A stretch of DNA of 64,000 nucleotides. It comes from Gammaproteobacteria bacterium. GTDB taxonomy: Bacteria; Pseudomonadota; Gammaproteobacteria; QQUJ01. A program made the translations under genes and the position numbers. A model generated the notes under the pieces. That model had not been told where the DNA came from and made no database searches. It saw only the letters and a program-made list of their open reading frames with translations. Where the stretch lies: contig JBNKCG010000037.1 in NCBI GenBank assembly GCA_050287605.1, positions 5,389 to 69,388 of the forward strand, written 5' to 3'. Of this stretch, positions 32,101 through 41,686 are shown in pieces; position 1 is the stretch's first letter, and each line of letters begins with the position of its first letter.

Positions 32101-33003
32101 GGGGTGGTTGTGGGTCTCCACCTTCATGAGGATGTGGATCTCCTCGTCGCTGTAGCGGTACTCGCCGCTGGCGGCGTCGGGATAGAAACGTCCCGCGCGG
32201 TGCCCCTCCATGACCGCGGCGTTGTCCTTGTAGGCGGAGAGCACGCCGTCCGGGCTGCAACGGTGGGTGTTGCGGATCATGCCGAACAAGGTGTGATCCT
32301 GACGCTCGTGATCGATGATCCAGTCGGCGTTGAAGATCTTGTGCCGGCAATGCTCGGAGTTGGCTTGGGCGAACATCATCAGCTCCACGTCCGTGGGATT
32401 GCGGCCCAGCGCCTGGTAGTTCTCGATGAGATAGGCGATCTCGTCGTCGGACAGCGCCAACCCCAGTTCCGCATTGGCCCGCTGCAGGGCCGGTGCCCCG
32501 CCACCCAGCAGATCGACCCCGCCCAAGGGGGCCGGTTCGGCATGCGAGAACAGCGCGTGCGCCTCTTCGAGGTCGCTCAGCACCGTCTCGGTCATGCGGT
32601 CATGGATCAGCGCCTCGGCCGCCGTCAGCTGGGTCTCGTTCAGCGCCTCGCCGCGCTGGGTGGCGAAGTAGTAAACAACGCCGCGCTCCAGACGCCGGAT
32701 CTTGTTCAGCCCACAGTTGCGCGCGATGTCGGTGGCCTTGCTCGACCAAGGCGAGATGGTCCCGATGCGAGGTACCACCAGGCGCATCTGCCCCTCGGGC
32801 TCCACGGTCTGGCCGCGCGGGCCGTAAGTGAGCAGGCGTTCCAACACGCCGAGCTCCTCGCGCTCCAAGCGCTGTTCCAGCTCGGCGAAGTGAACGAACT
32901 CCGCCGCCACCCGGGCGATCTCGGATACCCGCGAACGGAGCTGCTGGAGGAGTTTTTCGAGGCGGAACGGAGAAAGGGCAGCGCTACCACGCAGTCGCAG
33001 CAT
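29104..33003 (-). CDS. purL: Phosphoribosylformylglycinamidine synthase (single-chain large PurL)
   Basis: 1299 aa. N-terminal [22 protein letters not shown]-synthase-like domains and a C-terminal glutamine amidotransferase domain ([10 protein letters not shown]). Confidence 0.97.
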   Translation of the reverse strand: MLRLRGSAALSPFRLEKLLQQLRSRVSEIARVAAEFVHFAELEQRLEREELGVLERLLTYGPRGQTVEPEGQMRLVVPRIGTISPWSSKATDIARNCGLNKIRRLERGVVYYFATQRGEALNETQLTAAEALIHDRMTETVLSDLEEAHALFSHAEPAPLGGVDLLGGGAPALQRANAELGLALSDDEIAYLIENYQALGRNPTDVELMMFAQANSEHCRHKIFNADWIIDHERQDHTLFGMIRNTHRCSPDGVLSAYKDNAAVMEGHRAGRFYPDAASGEYRYSDEEIHILMKVETHNHPTAISPFPGAATGSGGEIRDEGATGRGSKPKAGLTGFSVSNLRIPGSELPWEGHYGKPERISSALEIMLEGPIGGAAFNNEFGRPNLCGYFRTFEEQVPGPQGPEVRGYHKPIMIAGGLGNIRADHVAKREIPPGTPLIVLGGPAMLIGLGGGAASSVASGASAENLDFASVQRGNPEIQRRCQEVIDRCWALGGANPILSIHDVGAGGLSNALPELLNDSARGGRMELRTIPNDEPGMSPKEIWCNEAQERYVLAVERERLAEFEALCERERCPYAVVGEATEERQLVVGDAHFDNTPIDIPMEVLLGKPPKMLRDVNHHPHPKPEFETAGIDIGDAVRRVLRLPTVADKTFLITIGDRTVTGLVTRDQMVGPWQVPVADVAVTASGYRTCAGEAMAMGERTPVALVHPAASGRMAIGEALTNLVAADVSRIEEACLSANWMAPAGHPGEDAALFDTVKAVGLELCPALGIAIPVGKDSMSMKTVWDEQGEPKAVTAPLSLIVSAFAPVQDVRRTLTPQLRTDLGDTDLILIDLGRGANRLGGSALAQVYKQVGHRAPDLDHPQAFKAFFQAVRDLAREQLLLAYHDRSDGGLLAALCEMMFAGRCGVDVDLDDLGDDPVAALFCEELGAVLQVRHCDADAVIKWLQDAGLGKYSHVIGALNGEGRLRVRHERRTLLDEARQDLHRLWSQTTFHLQALRDNPRCAQQEYDRLLDADDPGLNVALSFDPSEDVAAPYVAGGARPRVAILREQGVNGQVEMAAAFDQAGFTAVDVHMSDVIAGRQVLGDFHGIAACGGFSYGDVLGAGEGWAKSILFNARARDEFAAFFARPDTFGLGVCNGCQMLSNLHELIPGSEQWPHFVRNESEQFEARFSLVEVLDSPSLFLSGMAGSRMPIAVAHGEGRAEFAADVDPQQLLDQRLVALRFVDNRGEPTEAYPANPNGSGAGITGLTTPDGRFTIMMPHPERVFRTVQNSWHPAEWGADGPWMRLFRNARAYLG

Positions 33004-33097
33004 CGGATTCTCTGGCGGTCGGACGGTGGAGGAGAAGGAGGCGTAATGATACTGGAAGCCGGTGACGGCTTAAACCGCGAAAACCCCAAAAAAACCG

Positions 33098-33214
33098 ACT
33101 TACCACAAAGTGCACGAAGTTAAACTGCAGAAAACCAGCCCCCGCCTTCAATCAATTCACGAGTCTTTATGCCGTTTGTCGTTTTTCTAACTTTGTGAAC
33201 TTCGTTTACTTTGT
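33098..33214. promoter_or_regulatory. Pair of 19-bp inverted repeats in the AT-rich purL upstream region
   Basis: ccacaaagtgcacgaagtt (33098-33116) and aacttcgtttactttgtgg (33196-33214) match 17 of 19. The second copy also contains the direct repeat actttgtg x2. Confidence 0.3.
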
Positions 33215-33261
33215 GGTCAAGATTTTCAAGAAGTTAGGGATGGCGGCGAAACAGTGCCCCA

Positions 33262-34035
33262 TCAATCCACCTCCACCCAATCCAGCCCCGTCTCCTGATC
33301 GGCCACGCGCAGCCGCCCAAGGTCGCCCAGCACGGCATGCAGGGCGGCCACGGCGAGATCGGGGTGGTTGTTCTTCTCGCTGAGGTGCGCGGCGATCACG
33401 CAGCGCAGCCGCGCGTGGTCGAGTCGAGCGAGCAGATCGGCTGCCTGCTGGTTGTTGAGATGCCCCCAGTCGCCTCCGATGCGGCGTTTGAGCTGTGGCG
33501 GGTAATCGCCCCGACGTAGCAGATCGGCATCGTGGTTGCATTCCAGCAGCAACGCATCGCAGTCGGCCAGGCACTCCAGCACATGGGGGGTAACGCTGCC
33601 GATGTCGGTGAGCACCCCAAAGCGGCAGCGCCCGTCATCGATGACGAATTGGGAGGGTTCGCGGGCGTCGTGCGGCACCGGAAACGGATACAGGGAGACT
33701 CCGTTGAGCGCAAAGGGGTGATGCGAGGAGAAGATCCGCACGTCGAGGTCCACCGCGGCGCTGAACGCCGACGCGGTACCCGCCGTCATCCACACCGCCA
33801 ACCCGTGACGCCGCGCCAAGCGCTCAACGCCGGCGATGTGATCGCTGTGTTCGTGCGTGACCGCGATGGCGGTAAGATCGTCCGGGGAGCGTCCCAGGCG
33901 GTTCAGGCCCTGCCGCACGCGGCTCAGCGAGAGTCCGCAGTCGATCAGCAGGCACAGATCGCCGCTTTCAACCAGCGTGGCGTTCCCCCGGCTGCCGCTG
34001 CCCAACGAAGCGACGCGCATGCGAGAGGCTGCCAA
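33262..34035 (-). CDS. MBL-fold metallo-hydrolase
   Basis: Metallo-beta-lactamase motif VTHEHSDH plus downstream His/Asp ligands. The start may be 34020 (MRVASLGSGS). Confidence 0.75.
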   Translation of the reverse strand: MAASRMRVASLGSGSRGNATLVESGDLCLLIDCGLSLSRVRQGLNRLGRSPDDLTAIAVTHEHSDHIAGVERLARRHGLAVWMTAGTASAFSAAVDLDVRIFSSHHPFALNGVSLYPFPVPHDAREPSQFVIDDGRCRFGVLTDIGSVTPHVLECLADCDALLLECNHDADLLRRGDYPPQLKRRIGGDWGHLNNQQAADLLARLDHARLRCVIAAHLSEKNNHPDLAVAALHAVLGDLGRLRVADQETGLDWVEVD

Positions 34036-34057
34036 CGACGCCGACCGAGACGGTCGA

Positions 34058-35242
34058 TCAGCGCAGCTGCTCCTCCAGCAAGGCGAGTATCTTGCCGGCC
34101 GCTTTGGTGGTGTCGGGCGACGCCTCTTTTTCCGGACTGACGCTGACGCGCGTGGTAGTGCCGCCCGCCGCGGTCAGCTGCACCAGAAAGCGCGCGTTCT
34201 CCAGCGCAGCCTTTTCATCGTCGCGCCAGAAGGCGAGTTTGGCTAGTAGTCCCGGTTGTTTGGTCAGCTCGCCCAGCGGCTCCGCCGAGCGCACCAGGTA
34301 GGTACCCTGACGCTGATCGCGGTCCTCGACCACGAAACCGAGATGGTCCAGCGCAATGCCGGTCAAGCGCCACGCGCGATCGATGTGTTCGTCCACATCC
34401 AGCACACGGCCACCGTCCGGACCGTCGACCAGGCGGGCCCGCGGTTCGGCGGGCGTCGAAGTGGCGGCGAGCTGCTGCTTCGCCTGCTCCTCTCCCACCC
34501 CCAGGTAGACCATGAGCCGGTTGAGGAATTCCGCCTCCAACTCCGGGTTCGACGGGCGAGGGGCCCAGAGCGTCTGCTCGCCGCTGGAAAACTCACCGTT
34601 ATCACGGCCGGTGACCACCTGTTCGACCCCCCACTGGGAGAGGAAGATCTCCGTGGTTCCCGGCCGGGTGCCACGCTCGAGGCGCACACGATACTTGTCA
34701 CGGGTTGGGGCCGAATAGAGAAAGTCGAATACCTTGCCGAACCAGCGGCGTAGCGCCCCCTGAGGAATGTCGGCGCGGTTTTCCGCCCAGTCGGTCTCGA
34801 TGATGCCGAGACGCGGGTCTTCGCGCTTGATGAGAAACCCCTGGTTGAGCCAAAACTCCCGCACCGCCGGCCAAACCTTCTCCGGCGGCTGGTCCACTAC
34901 CAGCCAGCGGCGGGCGCCGTCCTGCTCCACGCGCACCGATTCCGGGCGCGGCAATACACTGGAACCGACCGTTTGCGCATCGGCGTTCTGCGCATCGGAA
35001 AAGCTCGAATAAGTCGCCGTGCCCAATGCGTTGGCCGGCGCGAGATCCCCGCCACCGCGCGCTTCGACCTGGGTCAGGTCGGGTGGGATATCCAGCCGCC
35101 CGACGGTACGCGACTGGCGGTAGTCGACGCGCCGCTCGCGTACAAAACCGTCGCCGCTGCAGCCGACAAGTTGCGCCAGCAGCGGGGTCAGAATCAGGAG
35201 CGTGGTGAAAAGCCGTACCGGCACTGCGCGGAAAGAGAGCAT
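34058..35242 (-). CDS. bamC: Outer membrane protein assembly factor BamC (NlpB lipoprotein), start at MLSFRAV
   Basis: Signal peptide with lipobox LVGCS. Blocks similar to E. coli BamC (VWPAVREFWLNQGFLIKREDPRLGIIETDWA). The start overlaps the dapA stop (TGATG). Conserved dapA-bamC synteny. Confidence 0.8.
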   Translation of the reverse strand: MLSFRAVPVRLFTTLLILTPLLAQLVGCSGDGFVRERRVDYRQSRTVGRLDIPPDLTQVEARGGGDLAPANALGTATYSSFSDAQNADAQTVGSSVLPRPESVRVEQDGARRWLVVDQPPEKVWPAVREFWLNQGFLIKREDPRLGIIETDWAENRADIPQGALRRWFGKVFDFLYSAPTRDKYRVRLERGTRPGTTEIFLSQWGVEQVVTGRDNGEFSSGEQTLWAPRPSNPELEAEFLNRLMVYLGVGEEQAKQQLAATSTPAEPRARLVDGPDGGRVLDVDEHIDRAWRLTGIALDHLGFVVEDRDQRQGTYLVRSAEPLGELTKQPGLLAKLAFWRDDEKAALENARFLVQLTAAGGTTTRVSVSPEKEASPDTTKAAGKILALLEEQLR

Positions 35243-36117
35243 CACAGGGCGCCCGCCTCCCGCATCGCTGCGCGTAGGGGTTCGTGGAAACGCTCCGCCA
35301 GTGGCGTCAGCGGCAACCGGATGCCTGCGGGGATCAGGCCCATCTCCACCAGTCCCCACTTGACGGGGATGGGATTCGACTCCAGAAACAGGTTCTTGTG
35401 CAACAGCGCCAAACGGTTGTTGATGGACTCGGCGCCCGCGCGATCACCCCGCAGCGCCGCAGCACACATTTCGTGCATCGCCTTGGGCACCACGTTGGCG
35501 GTCACCGAGATGTCGCCCTTGCCGCCGGCCAGGATCAGCTCCATGGCGGTGGCATCGTCACCGCTGTAGACGTCGACTCGGTCCCCGCAACGTTGCAGGA
35601 TCTCGCGGGCACGCTCGACGCTACCCGTCGCCTCCTTGACCCCGACGATGTTGGGGATGGGCGCTAAGCGCTCCACGGTCTCGGGCAGCATGTCGCACGC
35701 CGTGCGTCCGGGTACGTTGTAGAGGATTTGCGGAATGGCCACCGCTTCGGCGATCGCCTTGAAATGCTGGTACAGCCCCTCCTGGGTCGGCTTGTTGTAG
35801 TAAGGGGTGACCAACAGGCAGGCATCGGCACCCACTTGCATCGCGCCCTGGGTCAGTTCGATGGCCTCGCGGGTCGAATTGGCGCCGGTACCGGCAATGA
35901 CGGGGATGCGTCCTTTGGCCAGGTCCACGACGCGACGGATGACGTCGAGATGCTCTTTCTCATCCAACGTCGCCGACTCGCCGGTGGTGCCCACGGCAAC
36001 GATGGCATCGGTGCCGTTCTCCACATGGAACTCCACCAGCCGCGCCAGGGCTTCGACATCCACGGCCCCGTCGAGCTGCATGGGGGTGACCATGGCCACC
36101 ATGCTCCCCTGAAACAT
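35242..36117 (-). CDS. dapA: 4-hydroxy-tetrahydrodipicolinate synthase (start at MFQGSMV)
   Basis: [13 protein letters not shown]...[11 protein letters not shown]...YNVPGRT with the catalytic Lys region. The ORF-track 369-aa version is over-extended. Confidence 0.92.
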   Translation of the reverse strand: MFQGSMVAMVTPMQLDGAVDVEALARLVEFHVENGTDAIVAVGTTGESATLDEKEHLDVIRRVVDLAKGRIPVIAGTGANSTREAIELTQGAMQVGADACLLVTPYYNKPTQEGLYQHFKAIAEAVAIPQILYNVPGRTACDMLPETVERLAPIPNIVGVKEATGSVERAREILQRCGDRVDVYSGDDATAMELILAGGKGDISVTANVVPKAMHEMCAAALRGDRAGAESINNRLALLHKNLFLESNPIPVKWGLVEMGLIPAGIRLPLTPLAERFHEPLRAAMREAGAL

Positions 36118-36368
36118 TTCGCTCTCCCCGCATCTACGGAAATAGGGCATGGTACTGACCCACCCCGGCGAAGACAAGGCGCCTCGCGGGCCAAGCCGAA
36201 TGGGCTGCCCCTGACCACCTTGCTGAGATCGATTCGGGTGCAACAGGTTCCCCGCACGGCGCGCCCAGTTATCGCCCGGCAGGCGGGATGGTACACTTGC
36301 GCCACGGTTGATCCGGCACCAAAGCGATCCGGTTCCGCCGAACCACCCCACGAACCGACGGAAACTGC

Positions 36369-36899
36369 ATGCTCAACTATCTCGTCATCTCCGCCCTCGG
36401 TGAAGATCGCCCGGGCATCGTCGACCGGCTCTCCAAGGCCGTGCTCGACGGCGGCTGCAACATCGAGGACAGCCGCATGACCGTTCTCGGCGGAGAGTTC
36501 GCGGTCATCCTGCTCATCTCCGGCCAGTGGAACAACATTGCCAAAGTGGAGAACAGCCTGGAGCGCACCGGCGCCGAACTGGGACTCACCGTCACCGCCA
36601 AGCGCACCGACGGGCGGCGCCCGCGCCACGACCTGATGCCTTACGCGGTCGACGTGGTTTCCCTGGACCACCCCGGTATCGTCTACAACCTCGCGCATTT
36701 TTTCTCGGCGCGCGACATTAACATCGACGACATGACCACCAGCAGCTACGCTGCCGCCCACACCGGTGCACCCATGTTTTCGGTGCGGCTGGTGGTGGAC
36801 ATTCCCTCCGAGTTGCAGATCGCTGCGCTGCGCGACGAGTTCCTGGACTTTTGCGACGAACTCAACGTCGACGCCGTGATCGAACCGCTAAAGTCGTAA
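36369..36899 (+). CDS. gcvR: Glycine cleavage system transcriptional repressor GcvR-like (tandem ACT domains)
   Basis: 176 aa. [23 protein letters not shown] and a second ACT domain. Divergent from dapA and upstream of bcp, exactly as in E. coli. Confidence 0.8.
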   Translation: MLNYLVISALGEDRPGIVDRLSKAVLDGGCNIEDSRMTVLGGEFAVILLISGQWNNIAKVENSLERTGAELGLTVTAKRTDGRRPRHDLMPYAVDVVSLDHPGIVYNLAHFFSARDINIDDMTTSSYAAAHTGAPMFSVRLVVDIPSELQIAALRDEFLDFCDELNVDAVIEPLKS

Positions 36900-36937
36900 T
36901 CCGACGCCGCCCATCCGTCCAGCAAGAGGAACCCCCG

Positions 36938-37405
36938 ATGCCAACACCCGTCATCGGCAAACCGGCCCCGGCTTTCGACCGACCCGCCACCGGCGATCAA
37001 TCCATTTCGCTCGCCGGTTTGAAGGGCCGCCACGTGGTGCTCTACTTCTACCCCAAGGACAGCACACCCGGCTGCACCCGCGAAGGGCAGGATTTTCGGG
37101 ACAACATCAAGGCTTTCGCCAAACTCAACACCGTCGTCTTGGGCGTCAGCCGCGACAGCCTCAGGGCACACGAAAACTTCAAGGCCAAGCAGGCGTTTTC
37201 GTTCGACCTGCTATCCGACCAGGATGAAACCCTGTGCCGTGCCTACGACGTCATCCGTCCCAAGAAGATGTACGGCAAAGAGGTGATCGGCATCGAGCGC
37301 AGCACCTTCCTGATCGACGCCAAAGGCATCCTGCGCCGTGAATGGCGCAAGGTGAAGGTCGACGGCCATGTCGCCGAAGTGCTCGCGGCGGTGAAGGAGC
37401 TGTAA
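36938..37405 (+). CDS. bcp: Peroxiredoxin Bcp (PrxQ-type thiol peroxidase), start at MPTPVIG
   Basis: Active site FYPKDSTPGCT. RBS aagagga upstream of the ATG at 36938. Confidence 0.9.
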   Translation: MPTPVIGKPAPAFDRPATGDQSISLAGLKGRHVVLYFYPKDSTPGCTREGQDFRDNIKAFAKLNTVVLGVSRDSLRAHENFKAKQAFSFDLLSDQDETLCRAYDVIRPKKMYGKEVIGIERSTFLIDAKGILRREWRKVKVDGHVAEVLAAVKEL

Positions 37406-37480
37406 CCTGGTCGCCGCATTCCACAAGGCCCGCAACGCGCGGGCGTTTCCATCACGATTATCACTCCTCCACGGTGAGCC

Positions 37481-38887
37481 ATGATCAAAAGCGCTGCCGG
37501 TAAACGGCTGTACGTTCTCGACACCAACGTGCTGATGCACGACCCCGCCGCCATCTTCCGTTTTCAGGAGCACGACGTGTTCCTGCCCATGGTGGTGTTG
37601 GAAGAGCTGGATGCCAATAAACGCGGCACCTCGGAATTGGCGCGCAACGTGCGGCAGGTGAGCCGCTTTCTCGACGATCTGATGAGCGGCGCCAGCAAGG
37701 AGGAGATCGACCGCGGATTAGCGCTCCCCTCCACCATCAACGGCAGCGATCCGGAAGCGCAGCGCGGCAAGCTCTTTTTCCAGACCGAGATCCTCAACTC
37801 ACCGCTGCCCGACTCCCTGCCCGGCCACCGCCACGACAACGAAATATTGGCCACCGCCCTGGCATTGCAGAACCAGCGCGACGACGTGGTGGTGCTGGTC
37901 TCCAAAGACATCAACCTGCGCATCAAAGCCTCGGTGCTGGGCGTTCCCGCCGAGGACTACCGCAGCGACCAGGTCCTGGACGACATGGACCTGCTGTTCA
38001 CCGGCTACGCGCAGCTGGAGACCGAGTTCTGGGACAACCACGCCAAATCGCTGGAATCTTGGCAGGAGGAGGGACGCAGCTTCTACCGTGTCACCGGTCC
38101 CGAGGTCAGCAGCTGGCATCCGGCACAATTTGTCTACCTGGAGGACGAGAGCAAGTTTGAAGCCATCGTGCGCCAAACTGAGGGTGAAAGCGCGGTAATC
38201 GAAGTGGTCGAGAACTACGGCCAGCAACAGCACTCGGTGTGGGGCATCAGTGCGCGCAACCGCGAACAGAACTTTGCGATGAACCTGCTCATGGATCCCG
38301 AGATCGATTTCGTCTCCCTGCTGGGTGCCGCCGGTACCGGCAAGACGCTGCTCGCGCTGGCCACCGGCTTGGCGCAGACCTTCGAAGCGAATCGCTACAT
38401 CGAGATCATCATGACCCGCGTCACCGTGCCCCTGGGCGAGGACATCGGATTCCTGCCCGGTACCGAGGAGGAGAAGATGACGCCGTGGATGGGAGCGCTG
38501 ATGGACAACTTGGAGGTGCTCACCAAGAGCGAGGTGGGCGGCGAGTGGGGACGCTCCGCCACCGCCGATCTGCTGCGCAGCCGCATCAAGATCCGCTCGC
38601 TGAACTTCATGCGCGGGCGCACCTTCCTCAACCGTTTCATCATCCTCGACGAAGCGCAGAACATGACGCCGAAACAGATGAAGACGCTCATCACCCGCGC
38701 CGGCCCCGGCACCAAGGTGGTGTGTCTCGGCAACGTGGCGCAAATCGACACGCCCTACCTCACCGAGACTACCTCGGGACTGACCTACGCGGTGGACCGT
38801 TTCAAGCACTGGCCGCACAGCGGACACATCACGCTGAAACGGGTCGAGCGCTCGCGTTTGGCCGACTACGCATCCGAGGTCTTATAG
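37481..38887 (+). CDS. PhoH-like ATPase with N-terminal PIN domain (PhoH2/YlaK-type)
   Basis: N-terminal PIN (LYVLDTNVLMHDP...VVLEELD). C-terminal PhoH P-loop GAAGTGKT with Walker B IILDEAQN. Confidence 0.85.
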   Translation: MIKSAAGKRLYVLDTNVLMHDPAAIFRFQEHDVFLPMVVLEELDANKRGTSELARNVRQVSRFLDDLMSGASKEEIDRGLALPSTINGSDPEAQRGKLFFQTEILNSPLPDSLPGHRHDNEILATALALQNQRDDVVVLVSKDINLRIKASVLGVPAEDYRSDQVLDDMDLLFTGYAQLETEFWDNHAKSLESWQEEGRSFYRVTGPEVSSWHPAQFVYLEDESKFEAIVRQTEGESAVIEVVENYGQQQHSVWGISARNREQNFAMNLLMDPEIDFVSLLGAAGTGKTLLALATGLAQTFEANRYIEIIMTRVTVPLGEDIGFLPGTEEEKMTPWMGALMDNLEVLTKSEVGGEWGRSATADLLRSRIKIRSLNFMRGRTFLNRFIILDEAQNMTPKQMKTLITRAGPGTKVVCLGNVAQIDTPYLTETTSGLTYAVDRFKHWPHSGHITLKRVERSRLADYASEVL

Positions 38888-39110
38888 GCTCCACGCGCGC
38901 TGGCAAGAGGAGGAATCCGCCCCGGCAGGGATCGGCCCCCCTTCGTCGCCAATAACCACGGAAGGCGCCAGCTAAATATTTTCGACTGTCAGTCGATGAA
39001 CTCCGATAGGTAGGGCGCACCGCTCATGGGTACGTGCGAACCGATCACCGTGGCGACGGGCCATGAACGCCCGCTGACGGCCGAATGTTACTCACACAGG
39101 AGGTGAATGG

Positions 39111-40262
39111 ATGGCCCACGACAGAATCCGCACAGCGCACACCCGCGCTACCGAGGCCCGCGAAGCAGCACGCGAATTCCACGCCGGTGTCGCCCAACCG
39201 GAGATGGCGCTGGTGGTCTTCTTCTGTTCCAGCAACTACGATCTCGAAGCCCTGGCCGACGAACTCAATCGCCTGTTCGGTGCAGTGCCGTTGGTCGGGT
39301 GCACCACGGCCGGCGAGATCGGTCCGGCTGGATACATCACCAAAAGTCTCACCGGTGCCAGTTTCCCTGCCAGCACCTGCACCGCGGTGGCGGGACTGTT
39401 GGAAGGTCTACAACAATTCACACCAGAGTCCGGCCGCGAATTTGCCCAAGAGCTGCTACGTGAACTGGAGGATTGTCGCAATCCAGGCAATACGGGAAGT
39501 CCCTTCTCCCTGTTGCTGATCGACGGTCTGTCAATCCGCGAAGAGCCCGTAGCCCGCGCCCTTCAGGACGGGTTGGGGCGAATCCCGGTGATCGGCGGTT
39601 CAGCCGGCGATGACCTCAAATTCGAACGCACGTGGGTATTTCACGGCGGCGCCTTCCATACCGACAGCGCCGTGCTGGCGCTGGTCTGCACTCGTTTTCC
39701 CATGACCCTGCTCAAGACCCAGCACTTCGTCTCCACCGACGAGCGCATGGTGGTAACCGAGGCCGATTCTGCGCGCCGCATCGTTCGCGAAATCAACGGC
39801 CTGCCAGCCGCCGAGGAGTATGCCCGACTGGTCGGAATGACCCCCGGAAATTTGCAACCGATGCACTACGCCGGTTCGCCAGTGGTGGTTCTGATCGATG
39901 GGGCCGACTACGTACGCTCTATCCAGAGCATCAACGACGACGGCAGTATCACCTTCTACTGTGCCATCGAGGAGGGACTGGTGCTACGCGTTGGGCGTGG
40001 TGTCAATCTGCTCGAAGACCTGGAAAAGGCGCTGGCGCAGGTGCGCGAAGAGGTAGGCACACCGCAACTGATGTTCACCTGTGACTGCATCCTGCGCAGT
40101 TTGGAGATCGATCAGTTGGGCGAAAAGCAACGTGTCGGAGAGGTACTGCGCAACCACAACGCTATCGGTTTCAGCACCTACGGTGAACAATACGGGGGAC
40201 TGCACGTCAACCAGACCTTGACCGGCATCGCCATCGGCGGATTACTCGAGGACGAGGTGTGA
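39111..40262 (+). CDS. Stand-alone FIST-domain sensor protein
   Basis: 383 aa with the FIST N and FIST C organisation and no output domain. RBS aggagg 6 nt upstream. The stop overlaps the downstream histidine kinase start by 4 nt. Confidence 0.75.
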   Translation: MAHDRIRTAHTRATEAREAAREFHAGVAQPEMALVVFFCSSNYDLEALADELNRLFGAVPLVGCTTAGEIGPAGYITKSLTGASFPASTCTAVAGLLEGLQQFTPESGREFAQELLRELEDCRNPGNTGSPFSLLLIDGLSIREEPVARALQDGLGRIPVIGGSAGDDLKFERTWVFHGGAFHTDSAVLALVCTRFPMTLLKTQHFVSTDERMVVTEADSARRIVREINGLPAAEEYARLVGMTPGNLQPMHYAGSPVVVLIDGADYVRSIQSINDDGSITFYCAIEEGLVLRVGRGVNLLEDLEKALAQVREEVGTPQLMFTCDCILRSLEIDQLGEKQRVGEVLRNHNAIGFSTYGEQYGGLHVNQTLTGIAIGGLLEDEV

Positions 40263-41392
40263 TCATGGAACGAGAGGACAACGAAGCGGCCATGCACGGT
40301 GAGATCGCGCGCCTCAACAAGATCATCAACGCACTCATGAACCGCGCGGAGCGCGACATGACCGCGCAGGGTTCCGACTTCGGGCTGTTTCAAACCACCA
40401 TCGTTTTGGAAGGCCAGGTACGCAATCGCACCCGGGAGTTGGAGGCTGCACTGCGCGAAAACGAAGAGATGACCCGCGCCCTGCGCAACACCAAGGAACG
40501 TCTGGAACGGGAAAAAGAGGAGCAGCGTCAACTGCTGAACAAGCTTGAGGAGGCGCACACTCAGTTGCTCCAGTCGGAGAAACTGGCTTCCATCGGTCAG
40601 CTTGCGGCCGGCGTCGCCCACGAAATCAACAACCCCATTGCCTTCGTCAACTCCAACCTGAACACTCTCAGCAAAGATATCGCTGGGCTGATGCAACTCG
40701 TCGACGCCTACGAGGCGTGTGAAGCGGCATTGGGGGACAAACCCGAACTTCTGGCCCCGCTGCAGGCGATCAAGCAGCAAGTGGACATCGAATTCATACG
40801 CGGCGACATCCTCAGCCTCATCGACGAATCTATCGACGGCACCCAGCGGGTACGACGCATCGTGAGCGACTTGCGCGACTTCTCGCGCCCAGGCGATCAG
40901 GAGTGGCACGAAGTCGATCTGCATCAGGGCATCGATAGCACCCTCAACGTGGTGCGCAACGAGATCAAACACAAGGCTGACGTCATCCTGGAGTACGGCG
41001 AACTGCCGCCGGTGAAATGCCTGCCGTCGCAGCTCAACCAGGTATTTATGAATCTACTGGTCAATGCCTCCCAGGCCATCCCGGAACGCGGAACCATCAC
41101 CATCCGCACCCGGTGCGAACGCGACCAAGTCGCCGTCGAGATCGCCGACACTGGCTCGGGGATGTCGCCCGAGGTCATGGCCAAGGTATTCGACCCGTTC
41201 TACACCACCAAGCCGGTGGGCAAGGGTACCGGACTGGGCCTTTCGGTCTCCTACGGCATCATCGAACGACACGGCGGACACATCGATGTGCAGAGCGTTC
41301 CCGGAAGCGGAACCACCTTCACAGTCTGGCTACCTGTGGAGCCGGCGGCGTCTCGGGAAAACCAAGCCACGGCAGGAAGGGGGGAAATTTAG
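40259..41392 (+). CDS. Soluble sensor histidine kinase (coiled-coil + HisKA + HATPase_c), no TM segment
   Basis: H-box GVAHEINNP, N-box LLVNASQA, G-boxes DTGSGM and GKGTGLGL. Confidence 0.9.
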   Translation: MIMEREDNEAAMHGEIARLNKIINALMNRAERDMTAQGSDFGLFQTTIVLEGQVRNRTRELEAALRENEEMTRALRNTKERLEREKEEQRQLLNKLEEAHTQLLQSEKLASIGQLAAGVAHEINNPIAFVNSNLNTLSKDIAGLMQLVDAYEACEAALGDKPELLAPLQAIKQQVDIEFIRGDILSLIDESIDGTQRVRRIVSDLRDFSRPGDQEWHEVDLHQGIDSTLNVVRNEIKHKADVILEYGELPPVKCLPSQLNQVFMNLLVNASQAIPERGTITIRTRCERDQVAVEIADTGSGMSPEVMAKVFDPFYTTKPVGKGTGLGLSVSYGIIERHGGHIDVQSVPGSGTTFTVWLPVEPAASRENQATAGRGEI

Positions 41393-41686
41393 CGAACACG
41401 CAACCAGCGAACCAAAGACCACTCGCCACAAAGCACGTGAAATACCAACGCGTGAGCACCCGAAAGAATCCTCACTCCCACGCAATCTGGGATATGCATG
41501 GCATTGGCGTCCCTGGCTACGGGATCAAATCCGGCCGGACGATGGCGTTGGTGTTTCGACCAGCCCTCAAGAAATAGGAAAACGAGTTAGCCCGAATCCG
41601 TATTCTCAACTTCGCGCACTTACGTGCGACTCGTGGCTACGGATTTCGCTTTTACCAAATGCAAAGCCCTGCGCACCGCTGATGCC

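Noticed and set aside
30877-33123. 748-aa ORF antisense to purL, and similar long antisense ORFs (2194..3246, 11208..12932, 17052..18602, 45470..47641, 49256..51271, 55280..57034, 59493..61568)
   Set aside because: All lie opposite strongly supported genes, lack motifs and have Arg/Gly/His-rich composition. Expected stop-codon-poor antisense frames in 65-70% GC DNA.
33090-33130. PurR box upstream of purL
   Set aside because: No match to ACGCAAACGTTTGCGT. The organism is probably outside the PurR-using lineages.
36118-36368. Lysine riboswitch (L-box) upstream of dapA
   Set aside because: No AGAGGCGC/GAGGGG core elements recognisable on the dapA strand. The region instead resembles an ordinary divergent promoter shared with gcvR.
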